Of a stretch of DNA of 64,000 bases, positions 26,467 through 38,791 are shown piece by piece. Position numbers and translations under genes: made by a program. Source of the DNA: Hormiphora californensis (lineage: Eukaryota; Animalia; Ctenophora); NCBI GenBank assembly GCA_020137815.1, contig CM035354.1, forward strand, positions 1,922,001 through 1,986,000, in the 5' to 3' direction. The number at the start of each line of letters is the position of its first letter. Within the stretch, counting starts at the first letter, position 1. A model generated the notes under the pieces. That model was given only the letters and a program-made list of their open reading frames with translations, searched no databases and was not told where the DNA came from.

Positions 26467-27590
26467 TAGTGAACAATATCGAAGGCAATTAACACAGTTA
26501 GGGACAGTTAAGGACAGTTAAGGACAGGGAAGGACAGTTAAGGACAGTTAAGGACAGGGAAGGACAGTTAAGGACAGTTAAGGACAGGGAAGGACAGTTA
26601 AGGACAGTAAAGGACAGGGAAGGACATTAAGGACATTAGGGACAGGGAAGGACATTAGGGACAGTTAAGGACAGGGAAGGACAGTTAAGGACAGTAATGG
26701 ACAGGGAAGGACATTAAGGACATTAGGGACAGGGAAGGACATTAGGGACAGGGAGGGACAGTAAGGGACAGTAAAGGACATTAAGGACAGGGAAGGACAG
26801 TTAAGGACAGTTAAGGACAGGGAAGGACAGTTAAGGACAGTAAAGGACAGGGAAGGACATTAAGGACATTAGGGACAGGGAAGGACATTAGGGACAGTTA
26901 AGGACAGGGAAGGACAGTTAAGGACAGTAAAGGACAGGGAAGGACATTAAGGACATTAGGGACAGGGAAGGACATTAGGGACAGGGAGGGACAGTAAGGG
27001 ACAGTAAAGGACATTAAGGACAGGGAAGGACATTAAGGACAGTAAAGGACAGGGAAGGACAGTAAGGGACAGTAAAGGACACTAAGGACAGGGAAGGACA
27101 GTAAAGGACAGGGAAGGACAGGGAAGGACATTAAGGACAGGGAAGGACAGTAAGGGACAGTAAAGGACATTAAGGACAGAGACAGACAGAGACAGAGACA
27201 AAGGAGACAGAGACAAAGACAGAACCAAAGACATTGATAGAGACAGATACAGGGCAGATACAGAGACAGAGAGTAGGGACAGCTACAGAGACAGATAGTA
27301 GAGACAGATACAGGGACAGAGAAAAAGGGCGAGACAGAGACAAGAGAGAGATAGAGACAAAGGGAGAGACAGAGAAAGAGATGTGAACCGATACAAGGTA
27401 CTGCTCACTGCTCAGTGCTCACGATTCGGTATACCTCATTAGCGACGGAACCGCTTACAATGTGTACTGATACGAGGGTACTGCCCACGATTCGGTGTAC
27501 CTCATTTGCAGCAGAACCGCTTACAATGTGAACTGATACGAGAGTACTGCTCACGATTCGTTCTACCTCATTTAAGGGTCCCTTAAAGAA

Positions 27591-27671
<81 letters not shown>

Positions 27672-28188
27672 TGTCCTTTACTGTCCTTAACTGTCCCTAA
27701 TGTCCTTTACTGTCCTTCCCTGTCCTTAATGTCCTTCCCTGTCCTTTACTGTCCTTAATGTCCTTCCCTGTCCTTAATGTCCTTTACTGTCCTTTACTGT
27801 CCTTAATGTCCTTCCCTGTCCTTAGTGTCCTTTACTGTCCCTTACTGTCCTTCCCTGTCCTTTACTGTCCTTCCCTGTCCTTAATGTCCTTTACTGTCCC
27901 TTACTGTCCTTAATGTCCTTTACTGTCCTTAATGTCCTTCCCTGTCCTTTACTGTCCTTCCCTGTCCTTAATGTCCTTTACTGTCCTTTACTGTCCCTAA
28001 TGTCCTTCCCTGTCCCTAATGTCCTTAATGTCCTTCCCTGTCCTTTACTGTCCTTAACTGTCCTTCTCTGTCCTTAACTGTCCTTAACTGCCCTTCCCTG
28101 TCCTTAACTGTCCTTAACTGTCCTTCCCTGTCCTTAACTGTCCTTAACTGTCCCTAACTGTGTTAATTGCCTTCGATATTGTTCACTA
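26467..28188. mobile_element. Foldback-type element with satellite-filled inverted arms
   Basis: ta|TAGTGAACAATATCGAAGGCAATTAACACAG ... CTGTGTTAATTGCCTTCGATATTGTTCACTA|ta; arms of 9-10-bp AGGACAGTTA/AGGACAGGGA units; centre has ~63-bp repeats and a GA microsatellite. Confidence 0.88.
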
Positions 28189-31100
28189 TAATAGCCTCCC
28201 CCTCTGCGCTATATGCAATAATAGGGGTGACTTCGTAACCAATCTCTTGAGAGACTCGAAAGTGACATGATTGCATACTGCATTTTGTCAGGCCAATGTG
28301 CTCTGACCGCAGTTCTCGAAGAAATGAGAATAGGGCAAATGCTCTGACAGCTGCATTTGGTAATGAAGTTGCCCCTATACCCTGCTAGCGTGTGATAGTG
28401 AAAGTTGCGAGGCGACCTATGGTAGGGGTAACAGAACCGATTTGACCCACTTTAAAAATTAATACCTCCTCAACCAATCAATGAAAAGTAGGCCATGTAT
28501 TATCAGGGTACCGATCGCAAATCTAGAGAAAACTTCATTCCCTGTCCTCGCGCTAGAATACTCCAGAACACCACCAAATCAGCAGGGACACACCGCCCAC
28601 CAATCTGCACGAGCAGTATTTAGTCCGCCCACTCCTCTTCATCAATCCACTTGTATTGCCCACCAACCCATCCATTTGCACGTATTATACGTAGAGAGGG
28701 GTAAAAGACATATAATCGACATATATGTACATCATTAATTGTTTCTTCGGTGACTAGGAGAATAGAACATATATCTAGACCTAGAAGATTGCTTATTCAT
28801 TATTACATAAGATGAAACTGTAACTTTTCCACTGACCACATGAACACTTGTACTTGGCCCTGCAGATATCGTTGCAGAGCATGCATTGGTCACTTGCACT
28901 TACAGAGCAATTCTTAGTAAAAGACCCGGGTACTTTTTATAAGTTGGTATATATCTCAGCTGTATACTAGTACTACTGAGATACTAGTATCTCAGTAGTA
29001 CTAGTATTGGACTGTATTGAGCAGGCACTGCGTCTATAGTGCGACGCCCGCAAATTGCCTATTTTCCACACGTTGCCCCTATTATATACAAATATCACGA
29101 CAAGATTATTGCATATAGAAGTCTTATACCTGTCAGGCTGCAATGCTCTGACTGCACAGTTCTCCCGATGTCTTTCTGACGTACTTGTCTTATGTATCCG
29201 AACTACCCATGCAAGGGAAACTATGGTGATTGGAGCACATGTGAGACTGAGAGAGGGATTCCTTAGATTGGCGATTGATCCAGGCTCACCCAATGGCCAG
29301 CACAATTAATTTCATATGGATCGTTCATGTTTTTGTTATGAAATCTAGGTGGCTGCAAAGGATGACCACGTGGCTTTCAAAGAAACAGCACAATTCATTC
29401 CTTGAATTGTTCATATACAGTTTCAGGCGACTCAATTAATTCCCCATATCTGATATTCTCTTCTTTCATTCATGTCTGAAAGACCAACCACATCATCTAC
29501 GAGGTCTGAGCGTGTATACAAATGCTTGATATGAATATCATTATTAAAGAAACCATTGCATCATCACAATCTTATAAGTACACAACTGTATTTTAATAAT
29601 AAGATGAGTGGTCAGCTTCTGGATCTTTCTCTGTTGTTCTTGCACTTCGTATAGTGTGTTAAGGGTGCCGCCTTTAACCGCGGGTTTTCTACCCTGTTGG
29701 CGGGTACCCTATGAGCTATCTATGTTTTAACTCTTACACGGTCGCTTGTAGTGGGAAAACGGTAATGGAAAACGGAAGTACAGTATGAAGACGCGCAACC
29801 GTCGCCAATCAGGGCGCTAGTACGTGCTGAACACATGCACTTTTTGCCGCGCATTATGCAAAGTGTGCGTCTCATTACTGTATTTCCATTACGGTAATAC
29901 GACTACAAGCGGCGCTGTTAGCGGATGATGATCTCTGTTTCAAATCCAAATAATTACTTTAAATCTCAATATGTAAATCATTGAGGTCGATTATTTATAA
30001 GTACTATGTGTCCTCAATGTGCCCTCAAACGTTCCGTAGGCAGTATGTCATTCTACCCCAGATTACTGTTGCATACTTTAATTACTATATAATATTAATA
30101 TAAGGAGAAGGAGACGAATGAGACGTCTGAAGGTGAGTTGATTAAAATATATGAAGTTACATGTGTCGAAATCGTGATGATTAATCACCTTCAGATCACG
30201 TCTCAGGTAAGGATATATATGTAATAGTTACATCGTTATGATAAAATCACGATACTGTGAGACATGTTGTCATACAAATTACAGATGCCAGATGAGATCA
30301 AAGGGTTCTATAATCCGGAAACAACCGAACCCGGAAACTGGTCGATTCTAGGTTCTAGCTTACAGTGCTGCTTGTAGTCAAATTACCGTAATGAAAATAC
30401 AGTAAGGAGACGCGCACGGTGCATAACGCACAGCAAAAAGTTCATGTGTCAGCACGTACTAGCGCCCTGATTGGTCACGGTTGCGCGTCGTCTTACTGTA
30501 TCTTTCGTTTTCCATTACCGTTTTCCCACTACAAGCGACCGTGTTATACCAAACTGTCGATTAAAGGTAGCTTTTGCCGCACTATCTGTACCCCAAAGAG
30601 AGCTTTACAAATATTACAAAAGGGCTTTGCGGGTAAAATTCACATCGGTTCCTAAATTAAAAACGGTTCTTTGACTTTCCAAAACATGTTGCACCCTTTG
30701 CACCTTGCGGGTGTGGTATATATTTACTTTGAGTTTGTGAACCATTTAGAGACACATTACTTTGACAGGAATTTACTGCAGGTGTGGCTCGTCACACCGT
30801 CATTTTATTTCATAATGTGACGGTTCGTTAGATTGAGAATTGACAAGCTCGGATAGAACGGTTTTGTTAGTTTCGGTCTGTGTAATCATATCTTTTCTCA
30901 TTTAAGTGATTTTTGTTTTTCACTTTGAGTTTGCGAACCAGACCAACTAGACACAACACTTTGTAGGATTAATTTCGTTAGATTTTGTCTGTGTAATCAT
31001 TTCTTTTCTCAGCGAATTTTGTTTCCTGGTTGTTTCTGAATAAATAGTTTTTAATGAGCTGCATCATAATGGAAAAAGTAGTGTATAAGAAACTCTGTAC

Positions 31101-31231
31101 TTCACTATATTGTAACAAGACACATGTGTGAGAAATGAGAATGTAGCATATAGAGAAGATATTAAAATCATGTTACAATATGAGTCACAGCTGCAATACA
31201 AGTATTGTTTATACATTAAATACTTATAGAT

Positions 31232-34200
31232 ATGGACAAGTTTTATAACCAGACAACAGACCGGGTGATTGGGTGTGTCATGGTGGTCGTGACGGTAGTG
31301 GCTGTCCTTGGCAACAGCATCGCACTCAAAGTCTTCCTAAAACTCCCTAAAACGAGGGCCAACATCCTATTTGTCAAGTAAGTGAGATCACGCAACGTTA
31401 TATTAATATATATTACAACTGTTTACTGTGAACATGGGACTTGTCACCCAAAATATGCAATGTTATATGCAACGTTATATGCAAGTAAGTACAACGTTAT
31501 ATATATAGTAGGGTAAGCTGGGGTAAAATGGCCCATTTTTTAACGTTTTAGGTTCTAAAATACGCAATTTATACAGCAGGAAGAAAAAAATTATATAGGC
31601 TATCCAATGAAACCTTTTCCTTTCAGCCGAGCTAAATTTTAAAATCTACAAGTTTTATTTAATGGGTTAATTAATCAATTCAAATAATTTGGTGAGGCGT
31701 TTTTTGAAAAATTTGCACCGGGGCAAAGTGGCCCAAGCCAATAGCATTGCTCGATTTTATCACGTGCCTGGTGTTGTTAGACGAAACGATCAAACTAGGG
31801 GCAAAGTGGCCCATGTTCTGCACCGGAACATGGGCCACTTTGCCCCTAATTTGATCGTCTGTACTACATTTTTGTGCATTCCAATGTCACGTGGTATTGC
31901 AGGCGCCATTTCATTGGTCCTAGAGGTGGGCCACTTTGCCCCAGACCGGACCACTTTGCCCCGGAGAGTGGGCCATATTCGCCCCGATTTCACAAAATTG
32001 ACAATTAAGACAACAAAAATGCCAATTTCTTCAAAAATTTTTATACCACGTTTTAGAGAATTATAAAGCCTAACTGGCAGTTTTTGCAAAATTAAAATCG
32101 GCCAACCCAAACAGAAATGACAGCAGTTTTAAAGCGAAAATTCGGAACAGAACGAGCAGGTCTCCGCTGGAGAAAAAGTCACGTGACCACATGTAATAAC
32201 TAGGGCCACTTTGCCCCATACATGGGCCACTTTACCCCACGGGCCATTTTACCCCAGCTTACCCTACCTCGAGAGGTTCACTATATAACTGGGTTATTAC
32301 CAGAATTTGTCAATTCGTAAAAGAGGGGCTACGAGCTTGCCTTATATCGACAAAAGAGGGTATAGTAGTTGAAAAAAGCACAAAAATGCTTGACGAAACC
32401 TTTCCCTTTTGTCAAAAAGTTCTTATACAAAAAGTACCGGGTAAGTGGGTAACCGTGGGAAGGTGGGGTTGGTAATAACCCGACCGCGGTGACACACGTA
32501 TTTTGATTGGTACGATTTTAAGGCACACATAACACGCTTATAGTATCTCTTACTAAAGTCGGATTTTTTGAAGTTGTCACCCCCTGGGTGGCACCCGAGA
32601 TTTTATTTGCGTGTCGGAAACTTGTTTTGGCTCTCACGCCTTTGTTTCTTGACCAATTTCGTCAAACAAAACTTTTACAGACTCAAAAAATTATGCTCTT
32701 TCCTATGATATGCGGCTTTTTGCGGAAAAATGAGAGCAAGTGGGGGTTGTCATGCGCAAATACGACGCCGTGTGTGAAAAGGGGGGTGACAACTTCAAAA
32801 AAATCAGACTTTAGGGTTTACTAGCTTGTGTACATCGATAAAAAGGGTTTAATAGCTCGTGTTATATATTATTATATGTCGCCCTTAGACAAGGTCTGTC
32901 GGGTTGAGCTATAATGCTATTAGTATTACTTAAATCGTATACTACTAAAAGTTATACTACTAATAAAATATTATTACACAACTCCATCCTCCATCTAAGC
33001 TAACTTAAAGTCTAAGGATCGGTAAAACACTTATGAAATATACATTGTTATAACAGCTCTGTTTCAGTATTGCATTAGCAGACGTGATCACGGGATTGAC
33101 GTCATCGAGCTACGTCATGGGCGTTCTGTTCAATGATCGGAGGCCCATTAACTTTGTGAAGAACATGACTCTGCCAGTCAACAACTATATAGGATCAGTA
33201 ACTGGTACGTAATCAGACCTCAGTGACCATGGTAACCACATGAGCTGTTACCATGTCAACCTCATAATTGTGTAATACATATATCATTCCTTCATTGTAA
33301 TTCTAAAAATGTTTTGTGAAGCTGTAAATATAATTCCATGCCATTTCTTCAGGGTTTTCTCATAACACCTGTACAAGAGCCAGCCTGTACATCACTTTAG
33401 TTCTCAGGTAATTAAGCTAAAAAGTTCTAAGAGCTTATCGGTGAAGACCAGAACTGGCTGATTAAGATGATTGATATTTGATATATATCCTCATCATAAA
33501 TTATATAATATAATTTTTCAGTTTGGTACGATGTGTTTGTATGTGCTACCCACTCAAAGTTGGACAATGGATATCTGTTGAAAGAACAATGTGTCTGACT
33601 GCTTTTGTTTGGTAAGTTTAAAAATGTTTCAGAAACTCTGATGACGATTTCGTAACCGTGGCAACCCTCAGGTTTTTCTCAATCGGCATGTCATCGGTCC
33701 CCTACTGTTTCTCCGTCCCCTATGTGTTCAACCCGATGGCCCTCCTATTTACCTGGGACATTGGACAATTCATTACGGAGGATACGCCAGCCTATGTTGC
33801 TTGTTATTTCTTTCTTGTTATTCTACCATTTGTTGTTCCTGGAATCGGCATTATTCTTAGCAGGTATGAGGTTACCATGGAAACCATTATTTGTAGCAGG
33901 TATGAGGTTATCTGCCAGATTCTAAAGTCAATATATTTTACCTTAAGTTGAGTCGCTTGACATTCATGTGCATGAAAAATTCAACTTTCAAGCGACCATG
34001 TCGAGAAATGAAATATGTTGATCTTTGATTTGATTGGTTATGGGCTGGCAGCTTGAAGTTGAACTGTAGAGTATTCAATCTCATCAAATCGAAAATACCC
34101 TAGAATATATCGCCTGACACTGTGTTATATGAACAATTCATAGAGATCAATCAACCGATTATAACATGCTGGAATTCATCTCCGCATCCACGTCACACAG

Positions 34201-36523
34201 GAGAGACACATACGAATATGTCCTCATATATAACTCAACTATGATCTCTTCAGTGCACTTTCTCTACAAAAAGTCTACAAGAGCTTTGCCTTGGCACGGA
34301 GCATGCACTTGAAGGACTGCTCAGCTGGAGATTCCAAGGGAAAAGCACAGAGTGACCTTCTTTCTGTCACGAATACCGTTCTTTTGATCGTGGCATTCTT
34401 TCTGGTATGGTATAATCTCCCCAATTTTCCCCTCTGAAATTTGTCAAAATTTGACACTCAAAGGGCAATATTGGTAAATCAATTGGTTCATGAACCTGAC
34501 GTTTTGCCAAATTTTATCTTTACAGCCATTATTTTGACCCCGCACGTGGTGTCAACTAACAGCTCATTTTTGCAGTTGTGTTACATGCCAATCTGGATAA
34601 TTCTGAATGTGCCAGTTCCTAATGCAAGTTCAGCTTCTCCCAAAGACCTTCTTTCTTGGAATAACCCGGGTAAAAATACATTGCAAAGTTACTTATATGT
34701 ATAATAGCAAGTTTAAACACTATATAGGTTTACTTCAAACACTATATAGGTTTACTTTAAACACTATATAGGTTTACTTTAAACACTATATAGGTTTACT
34801 TCAAAAGTTAGATCGTGATCTGCTTTTGCAACAATTATATCAATAGTTAAAAAATAAAAACTAAACCAAAAATAGTTATAGCCTCTTATCGTAGATGAAA
34901 GGCATTTAACTATTATCATTAGGGGGGGGTGACACGTAACACTTTGTAACACTTTGTAACATGTGCAGAAAACTTTTTGTGCACGTTACATGTTACAAAG
35001 TGTTACATAGTGTTACAAAGTGTTACATAGTGTTACAAAGTGTTACATAGTGTTACATAGTGTTACATAGTGTTACAAAGTGTTACATAGTGTTACAAAG
35101 TGTTACATAGTGTTACAAAGTGTTACAAAGTGTTACATAGTGTTACAAAGTGTTACATAGTGTTACAAAGTGTTACAAAGTGTTACAAATTGTTACATAG
35201 TGTTACAAAGTGTCACAAAGTGTTACATAGTGTCACAAAGTGTTACAAATTGTTACAAAGTGTTACAAATTGTTACAAAAACACAAGGATTTGTAGCGAA
35301 GCACATTTTCAATCTTTGACCAAAAAATTGATTTTGGAAAAATTTTATTTCTTTTTCCAACAGAAACGTCGTATATCATCTTATTAAGTACAAAGAATCG
35401 ATTACCAATGAAAAAAAGTCAATTGGGTCACAACTCACAGGTGACTCAGCACATTGGGGGCCTCTGAGAGGCACAATACTTCTAATATCGCTCTAAAAAC
35501 TTTACCGTTGTCTAAAGTTCATATTTTTCTTTACCAAATGGACTATTTCAGCCCTGATTTCCACAGTCGATGACATCGGAGGCTCAAAACATCCGCAAAT
35601 TAGTAAAAAAGTGTATGTTTTAACCCTAGAAATGATTTAAAACTTTTAGATGTGTTCTAGAAAGACACCAAAGTCGTTCAAATTACTTATTCACCAACCG
35701 TTGAAAATTTGCTTCGCTACAAATCCTTGTGTTTTGTAACAATTTGTAACACTTTGTAACAATTTGTAACAATTTGTAACACTTTGTAACAATTTGTAAC
35801 ACTTTGTGACACTTTGTAACACTTTGTAACACTATGTAACACTTTGTAACACTATGTAACACTTTGTAACACTATGTAACACTTTGTAACACTTTGTAAC
35901 ACTATGTAACACTTTGTAACACTTTGTAACACTTTGTAACACTTTGTAACACTATGTAACACTTTGTAACACTATGTAACACTTTGTAACACTATGTAAC
36001 ACTTTGTAACATGTGCAGAAAACTTTTTGTGCACGTTACATGTTACAAAGTGTTACAAAGTGTTACGTGTCACCCCCCCCCTCATTAGCTGTCACATGCT
36101 CGCTGCAATAGAGACATATTGACATATCAATATCAGAAACTTTTGATAAAATAAACTGATTTCAAGTTAAATTGAAGTTTACCCAATTCGTAGTTTTGAT
36201 ACAGTCGGACCCCGATTTAGGGACACCCTCGGGGGAAAGGCTCTTGTCCACTAAATCGGGGTGTCCACTAAATCGGGGTCAAATAAGGTTAATTTCCTAT
36301 ATCGGGGGAAAAAAGTCCTGTCCCTAAATCGGGGTGCCACTAAATCGGGGGGCCCTAAATCGGGGTCCGACTGTACATGTCCTTTCTTTTTCACAGAACC
36401 AGGTGTTTGGCTATATGTTGACGATAGGATATACTATAATGACCTGCCTGAATAGTGCGGTGAATCCTTTCGTGTTCTACTTCCGGGGATCAGAGTTTAA
36501 AAAGGAGTTGAAAAAGATAAACA
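31232..36523 (+). CDS. Rhodopsin-like (class A) GPCR, spliced. Exons ~31232-31377, 33068-33204, 33353-33407, 33522-33611, 33672-33863, 34254-34404, 34576-34698(?), 36397-36523; 3' end uncertain
   Basis: TM1 VLGN, TM2 NIALAD, TM3 LSLVRCVCMCYP (DRY position), TM4 W, TM5 LP, TM6 FLLCYMP, TM7 LNSAVNPFVFYFR; the donor before TM7 and the C-terminal exon are uncertain. Confidence 0.85.
31511..32264. mobile_element. Tc1/pogo-like MITE, TA TSD, in GPCR intron 1
   Basis: ta|GGGTAAGCTGGGGTAAAATGGCCC...GGGCCATTTTACCCCAGCTTACCC|ta; internal GGGCAAAGTGGCCCA repeats in both orientations. Confidence 0.85.
32553..32814. mobile_element. MITE (related copy ~57942-58160)
   Basis: CTAAAGTCGGATTTTTTGAAGTTGTCACCCC...GGGGTGACAACTTCAAAAAAATCAGACTTTAG. 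Confidence 0.75.
34922..36081. mobile_element. Foldback-type element with 10-bp satellite arms, apparent 6-bp TSD TCATTA, in GPCR intron
   Basis: tcatta|G8TGACACGTAACAC ... GTGTTACGTGTCAC9|tcatta; (TGTTACAAAG/TGTTACATAG)n mirrored. Confidence 0.88.
36202..36373. mobile_element. Tc1/pogo-type MITE, TA TSD (partial copy ~25826-25846)
   Basis: ta|CAGTCGGACCCCGATTTA...TAAATCGGGGTCCGACTG|ta. Confidence 0.85.
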
Positions 36524-38791
36524 GGTACAAGAAATTTAATTTATTTATTATCAAAATAGTTCTTACTCTTACTGGGGCACTTCAAACTGTGCCATTGACT
36601 GTGACCAGCACTGAAACTGTGTGTATGTTTTGATTTAGTAACCTATACGGTATGTATATTGTATATACAAATACAGATATTATTATTATTATTAATAATT
36701 AATTATTATTTATTTATTTATTTATTGTATGATTATGTGCTCTTTGTCTAGTAACCCGATCTGAATGCATTTGAAGAAATCAAAGAAGGAGCCGAAAAAT
36801 GACAAGTCATGTCATTTTTAGTAAAAGATAAAGAATAAAACTTCTGAATAATGAGTTCAGAGCAAGAATTAAATAGGGAAGAAAATCGAAAAATATAAAG
36901 AACTAGCGCACCCATTGGGTGCGCCCCAAGTAAGGGCTTTTTGATAACCCACACGGCTTCGCCGTGTGGTTGTTTTTGCCACTTTTAACGGAAATAACAC
37001 GGTTGCCATGGCAACTGAAGTGGTAACTATGGGAACGGAATTGTTAAAATTCATTCGAAAATAATAAGAAACTTCCACTGGAAGTTCCAAAAGTGTGAGC
37101 AACAGCTTAACAGCTTTGGTCGCATACATTTTTTTATGAAGGAGCACCCATTCCTACCCGGTTTTTTATTTGTGGTTTTTTGATCTTTGATGTCGATTTT
37201 TTCAAAAACCCTACATGGGATTAGATTAATTCTTTTTCTAATCGACTAAGCTAATCCTGAGCTTTCGAAAACACACCCTATTGATATAGATCTGATGAAA
37301 AAACTTCGACGCGACATCTCCAAATTATAATAGAGATAAGTTAAGTCGCGAAACTTTTCTTAAATTGTGCAATATGTAGCCTTCAACTTTTGATAACAAC
37401 AGCTGTCATATAATAATGCAAAATTCAATTCATTCGGGGAGCATATTATAGCAAATTTCGTTTCCAAGTATTAATCGGATCTAGTAGTGGATAATATGTA
37501 ATCGATAATATGTATAACTACATATCCAGTAAATGAATTGTTCTACCCACATGAATTTGATTTTACAATTATAGCAGTAACCCGGATAACTGACCAACAA
37601 CACTGCTTTTGTGTTTGGAAAACAATGAAGATGGCGGAATATGGCTACAAAAAGTTTCAGGAATGTGCAAAAGTTTCAGGAATGTGCAAAATGCTATTCC
37701 TAAGGTATTAGAGGTGGATTCATTGATAACTAACCAACTAACTAAAATTCCACAAAATGCCGTGAAATTGAAATTTTATGGAGGAATGTGATACACCTTT
37801 GGTTTTAAACATGTGATGGAATCGCTGCTTTCTGTAGAATGCAGGTCCTGGTTACTATAACAACTAGTATTAATATCATAAGTTTTAGACACGTTTTAAG
37901 ACACTTTTTTGATTTTTTGTCATGAGGACATCTTGAAAATGGTCATTTTAGGGTATTATAACCCCTATATGCAGTATAACATTTTGTAACAACAATTTAC
38001 TCGGAATGAAGGTCTAAAAGGCGTGCATTTTTCTTACAGAGTCAACGGGGAAACGAAAAGAACGAAAATGCTGTCATGTCAAAAGAATGTGCGCTTCTTC
38101 AACACTACACACGTCACAAGGTATATATAGTCGGGAGATCGGGCGACAGGATTTTGATTGTTTTGTTCTAAGTAACCCTCTTTTACATTTTTAAAAGAGG
38201 CCGCGAGAAACAGGGTCGAGCAAGGCAAGATTTTGCCTGGTATATCGGGGTGAAATATCGAAATATCCTTACTTTTTGGGAAGTTTATCCTCCCGGTAAA
38301 TCGGGGTTCCAGTATAAAAGCGGCCAAATAAATATACTGGTTCCTGTTTCTTTTCTTCATTCTTGGCATAGCTCATTCTTGAATTATTTTATTCTTAAAC
38401 ATCAAAACTTCCCAGGACGGAAGGAAGGGCAACTCTACACAGTTTGAATCTAGAACAGAAGATCTCAAATTGTAACCTCAGCGAGGAAGTGAAGATTGGA
38501 GATGACCAATCAATTGCCGCTGGCACAGACCCAATATCTGAATTATAATGTTAGTTTTCTTTTAAGTAAGAAGAATAAACAATACAATCATGACTGTTGC
38601 TGAAGTTTTTTTAATGTTACATTAGTTTATTAACTGTTATTTCGCTGAAAAACTTTTAAACTTGGTCTTCATTAGTTGATGGTTGGAAATTAATACAATG
38701 TGCTTTCGCAAGTTCAATGTTATTCAATGTCTATCATATTATTTGTTCATCAACAACGTCTTTTAAAATTCAATTAACAATTAAATCTACT

